From positions 1 to 48,694 of IMG/VR virus record IMGVR_UViG_3300030523_000008: a stretch of DNA of 48,694 nucleotides; one strand, written 5' to 3'. Below the pieces are notes generated by a model, which made no database searches, was not told the DNA's origin, and saw only the letters and a list, made by a program, of their open reading frames with translations. A program made the translations under genes and the position numbers. This DNA is from a virus (lineage: Duplodnaviria; Caudoviricetes). This document shows, piece by piece, positions 45,105 to 48,694 of this stretch (within the stretch, counting starts at the first letter, position 1; every line of letters starts with the position of its first letter).

Positions 45105-45823
45105 CTCCTCTTGAAACCGTCAAGGCCGCGATAGCGGAGACGCCCGATCCCGAGAACCGCGAAGCGACCCTCCGCGAAGCCCTGGCCTCGACACGCTATC
45201 CCGTGGATGGACCGGCATCCGACGAAGAGCGCGATGGCTGGCAGAGCATGGCCCGCGCCGACCGCATCCTCACCGAAGCCGCCCGGCGCGCGATCGAGGC
45301 CATACCGAAGATCGCCCGCCTCACCCGCGACCTTGTCGAAGCTCGCGCCGAGCGCGACGCGGCGCGAGCGGTGCTCAAGAGCGTCGAGTGGGCCGCCGTA
45401 GGGTACGTCGGGTATTATGTGCCATGTCCGGCATGCCCTAGCTGTCGCAGGAAGACAGGCTACGCCAATTGCTACTACAGCGAACCTATGGGCCACGCCC
45501 CCGATTGCGCGCTCGCTGCCGCCCTCGCGCCATCCACGCCGCCCGGCACCCCGATCGCGGCGGGACAGGCCGGGGAGCCCATGCATCATAATCAGGTTGC
45601 AACTGACTTGGTGCGGAACGCCGCCTTGGAGGAAGCGGCGCGGGTGGCGGATGCCCAAGTCGAACAGAATCGAGCGATGCTGACCGAGGACCGCCCCATC
45701 GCCGTGATGGCGATGCTGGCCGGCCGGGAAATCGCGAAGGCCATCCGATCTCTCGCCACCCGAGACACCGCGAGCGCGCCCGCCGAGCCTGCGGCCGACC
45801 GGGATGGGGGAGGAGGGACATGA
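45101..45823 (+). CDS. Mosaic hypothetical protein
   Basis: CPSC..H..DC, RNAALEEAA motif. Confidence 0.65.
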   Translation: MTPLETVKAAIAETPDPENREATLREALASTRYPVDGPASDEERDGWQSMARADRILTEAARRAIEAIPKIARLTRDLVEARAERDAARAVLKSVEWAAVGYVGYYVPCPACPSCRRKTGYANCYYSEPMGHAPDCALAAALAPSTPPGTPIAAGQAGEPMHHNQVATDLVRNAALEEAARVADAQVEQNRAMLTEDRPIAVMAMLAGREIAKAIRSLATRDTASAPAEPAADRDGGGGT

Positions 45824-46197
45824 TCCGGAACCGCGCGACCCCGGACGGCCATGCGCTTGGGCGTGAGATCGCCCGGCTATGCGACGAGGCCGAACCGCGT
45901 GCCAGGCTGAAACTGCCGGAGCTTCCGCCGCGCTGTGCCTCATGCGCTTTCCGGGAGGGTCCGCATCTGGCGAGCGGATCGCCCGAGACGCTGATGGACG
46001 CCCTGAAGTGCGCGATGGAAGGCGTCGAGTTTGGTTGTCACGACGTCCACCGGCTGGATCATCCGTGCTCGGGATGGCTGATGCTGACGCTCGGTGGGGA
46101 CGGGAAGCCCATCGACGCGCCGTGGAACTTCACGGGCGGGTCCGACACCCCCGCACGGCCCACGCCGGCAGAGACGGAGGGGCGGGATGATGGTTGA
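45820..46197 (+). CDS. Cys-rich hypothetical protein
   Basis: CASCAFR..F.CH..C.GW. Confidence 0.7.
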   Translation: MIRNRATPDGHALGREIARLCDEAEPRARLKLPELPPRCASCAFREGPHLASGSPETLMDALKCAMEGVEFGCHDVHRLDHPCSGWLMLTLGGDGKPIDAPWNFTGGSDTPARPTPAETEGRDDG

Positions 46198-46468
46198 CGA
46201 CCACCAAATCAACATCACAAACGGCTCCGATGACAGGCTGCGCCTGCGCGCGTCCGAAGCGCTGTTGGAGTTCCAAGCCGCCAACCGAGGCGAGCTCGGT
46301 GTGGCCGACCTTGCACACTGCGCGGCGGTCCATCTTGTCGATGCGGTCTGGCACGTGTTCCGGGGCTCTTATGAGGGGCTTGCGCCGGAGGCATTTGCAA
46401 AGACGATGGAAGCCTACGGCGGCTTCGTCGCCCGCGGCGAGCATCGCGTGGAGAAGTCCTATGGCTGA
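46187..46468 (+). CDS. Hypothetical protein
   Basis: GGAGG RBS. Confidence 0.55.
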   Translation: MMVDDHQINITNGSDDRLRLRASEALLEFQAANRGELGVADLAHCAAVHLVDAVWHVFRGSYEGLAPEAFAKTMEAYGGFVARGEHRVEKSYG

Positions 46469-47054
46469 CGCACCAACGGCGTTCCCGCTGGCATGGCCGC
46501 CGATGTTCCCGCGTGCCCCGCGTCGCGAGACAGGGGCGTTCCGCACCGCGCTCAATGCCGCGCTCTCCAATGTCCAAGGGAACCTTCATGCTTTCGGACG
46601 GGACAGCGGCAAGGCCATCAACAGCGTCGTCATGTCGAGCAACGTCACGCTCGGCAGCGCCAAGCCGGCCGATCCCGGTGTTGCTGTTTGGTTCACATGG
46701 GACGGGCTCTCGGTCTGCATCCCGGTCGACCGCTACACGACTGTGGAAGCCAATCTACAGGCGATCCATCATGTCCTCGAGGCGAGGCGCGTCGAGCTAC
46801 GGCACGGCACCTTAGCGCTTGTGCGCGCCACTATGACAGGCTTCGCGGCGCTGCCTGGCCCGGCACCCCGTCCATGGTGGAAGGTGCTCGGGTGCGAACA
46901 CGGCGCGGCGCGACAGGAGATCGAGGCTGCCTATCGCGCAGCTGCGATGCGGGCTCATCCCGACAAGGGCGGCAGCAACGCCGCCATGGCTGAGATCAAT
47001 GCCGCCCGAGACGAGGGCCTGAGGGCGAAGGGAGGCGAGGGTGGCGCGAGTTGA
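46461..47054 (+). CDS. J-domain (DnaJ-like) protein
   Basis: AFPLAWP..DPGVAVWF..; WW.VLG..AYR..AHPDKGGS..EINAA. Confidence 0.9.
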   Translation: MADAPTAFPLAWPPMFPRAPRRETGAFRTALNAALSNVQGNLHAFGRDSGKAINSVVMSSNVTLGSAKPADPGVAVWFTWDGLSVCIPVDRYTTVEANLQAIHHVLEARRVELRHGTLALVRATMTGFAALPGPAPRPWWKVLGCEHGAARQEIEAAYRAAAMRAHPDKGGSNAAMAEINAARDEGLRAKGGEGGAS

Positions 47055-47325
47055 CCCCCTCGAGCCCATCTTCCTGCCGGACGCCGAAATCGCCAAGCGG
47101 GTGTCGATGACGTCGCTCGAATGGGATGCCGCAGCCCAGGTGCTTGAGCGGAGCGGATTGCCGCGCCAGGACCCGCTCTTCAAAAATCAGCGGTGCTGGC
47201 CTCGCGTAAGGGACTTCCTCTACCGTCGGGCCGGTGGCGCTTTGCCTGAAGAGAACGACGAAACCGGGATCGTGGAGAACCTCGATGCGCTCAGGTCGGC
47301 CGGAAAGCGACACACCAGGTCGTAG
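47041..47325 (+). CDS. Putative excisionase/wHTH
   Basis: D.EIA..LE..GLP..DPLF...WP.V..FL; immediately before the integrase. Confidence 0.65.
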   Translation: MARVDPLEPIFLPDAEIAKRVSMTSLEWDAAAQVLERSGLPRQDPLFKNQRCWPRVRDFLYRRAGGALPEENDETGIVENLDALRSAGKRHTRS

Positions 47326-48523
47326 CAGTCGTCCGAACAAGGACGGCTCGCGCCGGGTCTATTGGGTTGCTCCGAAGGATGCGCGTGCCGCTGGCTTCAA
47401 GCCCGAGACGGTCCGCATCCACGACGCCGACGAAGCCGCGATCGGAGCGCGGTGCCGGGCCCTGCAAGCCGAGATGACGCAATGGCTGGCCGAACGGGCC
47501 GGCCTCAAGTCACCGAAGGATCAACCGACCGTGAACGATCTCATCCGGGCTTACCGCACGCGCGAGGAGAGCGCCTACCGCGGCGTCAAATGGAACACCC
47601 GACGCACCTACGACAAGGTGCTCGATACCATGGAGCGGGCGTTCGGCGGGACGGCGCTCTATGCGATCAAGCTTGTCAACATCAAGCGATGGTACGACGC
47701 CACCCGCTACCCCGAAGGGCGCGGCCCCGGGCAGCCGGATCGCGCCAGGACGGCGCAAGGGCTCGTCGCCATGCTCCGCCGCATCACGAGGTTCGGGGCC
47801 GCGATTGAGATGCGGGATTGCGCCAGGATCGCGACCATCCTCGAGACCACGAAATGGCAGGGCGCCCCGAAGCGGTCGGCGACCCTGGAACTTCACCACG
47901 TCGAGGCGTTCTGTGCCGCCGCGCACGAGATGGGCCGGCCGTCGCTCGCGCTCGGCACCGCCCTGCAATGGGAGACCATGCTGCGGCAGCGCGACGTCAT
48001 CGGAGAATGGGAGCCGTTCGACACCGCCCGAACGCCCCCTCCGGGGCCGACCATCAACGGCCGGGTTTGGGCCAACGGGCTGACCTGGTCCAACATCAGC
48101 GACGCCTGGATCCTGACCAAACGCACCACGAAGACGGGATCCGTCGTCTCGTTCGACATCATGCTTCTGCCGATGGCGATGGCGGAACTGCAGCACGTCG
48201 CGCCGGAAGACCGGGTCGGCCCCATCATCGTCGACGAGGTCGCGCGCCGGCCCTATGCCGAGAACCGCTATCAGCAGGAATGGCGCAAGGTCGCCGACCG
48301 GGCCGGCATACCGCGGGGCGTCTTCAACATGGACGCGCGCTCGGGAGGCGCCACGGAGGCCAACGATGCCGGCGCGTCGATCTCGGACACCCGCCCCGTC
48401 ATGGGCCATGCGGACGCCCGCACGACGGCGCGCTACGTCCGTGGCGACGCCTTGGCGCCTGCCCGGCGCGTGGCGAACCTGAGAGCGGTCCATCGGGGCA
48501 AGACGACCCCGGAACAGCGTTAG
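47285..48523 (+). CDS. int: Tyrosine recombinase integrase
   Basis: LRQRD (R), TKTG (K), MDARSG (xxxR), MGHAD, TARY (Y); adjacent to tRNA. Confidence 0.92.
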   Translation: MRSGRPESDTPGRSSRPNKDGSRRVYWVAPKDARAAGFKPETVRIHDADEAAIGARCRALQAEMTQWLAERAGLKSPKDQPTVNDLIRAYRTREESAYRGVKWNTRRTYDKVLDTMERAFGGTALYAIKLVNIKRWYDATRYPEGRGPGQPDRARTAQGLVAMLRRITRFGAAIEMRDCARIATILETTKWQGAPKRSATLELHHVEAFCAAAHEMGRPSLALGTALQWETMLRQRDVIGEWEPFDTARTPPPGPTINGRVWANGLTWSNISDAWILTKRTTKTGSVVSFDIMLLPMAMAELQHVAPEDRVGPIIVDEVARRPYAENRYQQEWRKVADRAGIPRGVFNMDARSGGATEANDAGASISDTRPVMGHADARTTARYVRGDALAPARRVANLRAVHRGKTTPEQR

Positions 48524-48533
48524 AACGGACTTG

Positions 48534-48552
48534 TCCAACGCGATTTCCAACG
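48534..48552 (+). repeat. Possible integrase arm-type sites (TCCAACG x2)
   Basis: Direct repeat between the int stop and the tRNA 3' end. Confidence 0.45.
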
Positions 48553-48567
48553 TGAGGAGCTAAGTGA

Positions 48568-48641
48568 TGGAGCGGGCGAAGGGAATCGAACCCTCGTATG
48601 CAGCTTGGGAAGCTGCCGTTCTACCATTGAACTACGCCCGC
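48568..48641 (-). tRNA. tRNA-Gly(CCC), prophage attachment site
   Basis: GCGGGCGTAGTTCAATGGTAGAACGGCAGCTTCCCAAGCTGCATACGAGGGTTCGATTCCCTTCGCCCGCTCCA: complete cloverleaf with CCA. Confidence 0.97.
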
Positions 48642-48694
48642 AGCATTTCCGCTGATATCGGCAAACACGCCGATCCGCAAGCGACGAACTTCGC

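Larger units (their letters stand above)
1..48641. mobile_element. Temperate myovirus-type prophage (left end outside window) integrated at tRNA-Gly(CCC)
   Basis: Continuous head, tail, replication, immunity and integrase modules; integrase ends 44 bp from the tRNA 3' end. Confidence 0.97.

Overview
Almost the whole window is the integrase-proximal ~48.6 kb of a temperate, contractile-tailed (myovirus-type) prophage in a high-GC alphaproteobacterium. The host assignment rests on a MucR/Ros homologue and Hyphomicrobiales-like phage genes. The prophage is integrated at the 3' end of a tRNA-Gly(CCC) (48568-48641, - strand). From right to left: tRNA/att, tyrosine integrase, xis-like and J-domain genes; a long + strand early operon of small accessory genes (ProQ/FinO-domain protein, HNH-exonuclease fusion, DUF4326, minimal nucleotidyltransferase); a cI(S24)/cro switch with GCGGA-N4-TCCGC operators and a cI-linked peptide/2TM/ImmA-IrrE cassette; a - strand early/replication operon (MucR, VRR-NUC, DnaA-C-like HTH, RuvC-like, Sak4-like ATPase, SSB-like, Cas4-like nuclease, primase-helicase, putative origin); a NusG-like antiterminator; then the late operon (terminase, portal, head, neck, sheath, tube, chaperones, spike, hub, tape measure, which runs off the left edge). 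The most notable observations are: (i) a shared, covarying SymE/SymR-like leader with antisense promoter in front of two unrelated homing endonucleases, in a phage that also encodes a ProQ/FinO protein; (ii) tail chaperones G and G-T apparently encoded by duplicated genes instead of a frameshift; (iii) the cI-linked peptide/SLATT-like/ImmA cassette; (iv) a half tRNA-Thr in the late leader. All family calls come from motif recognition by eye; no searches were run.
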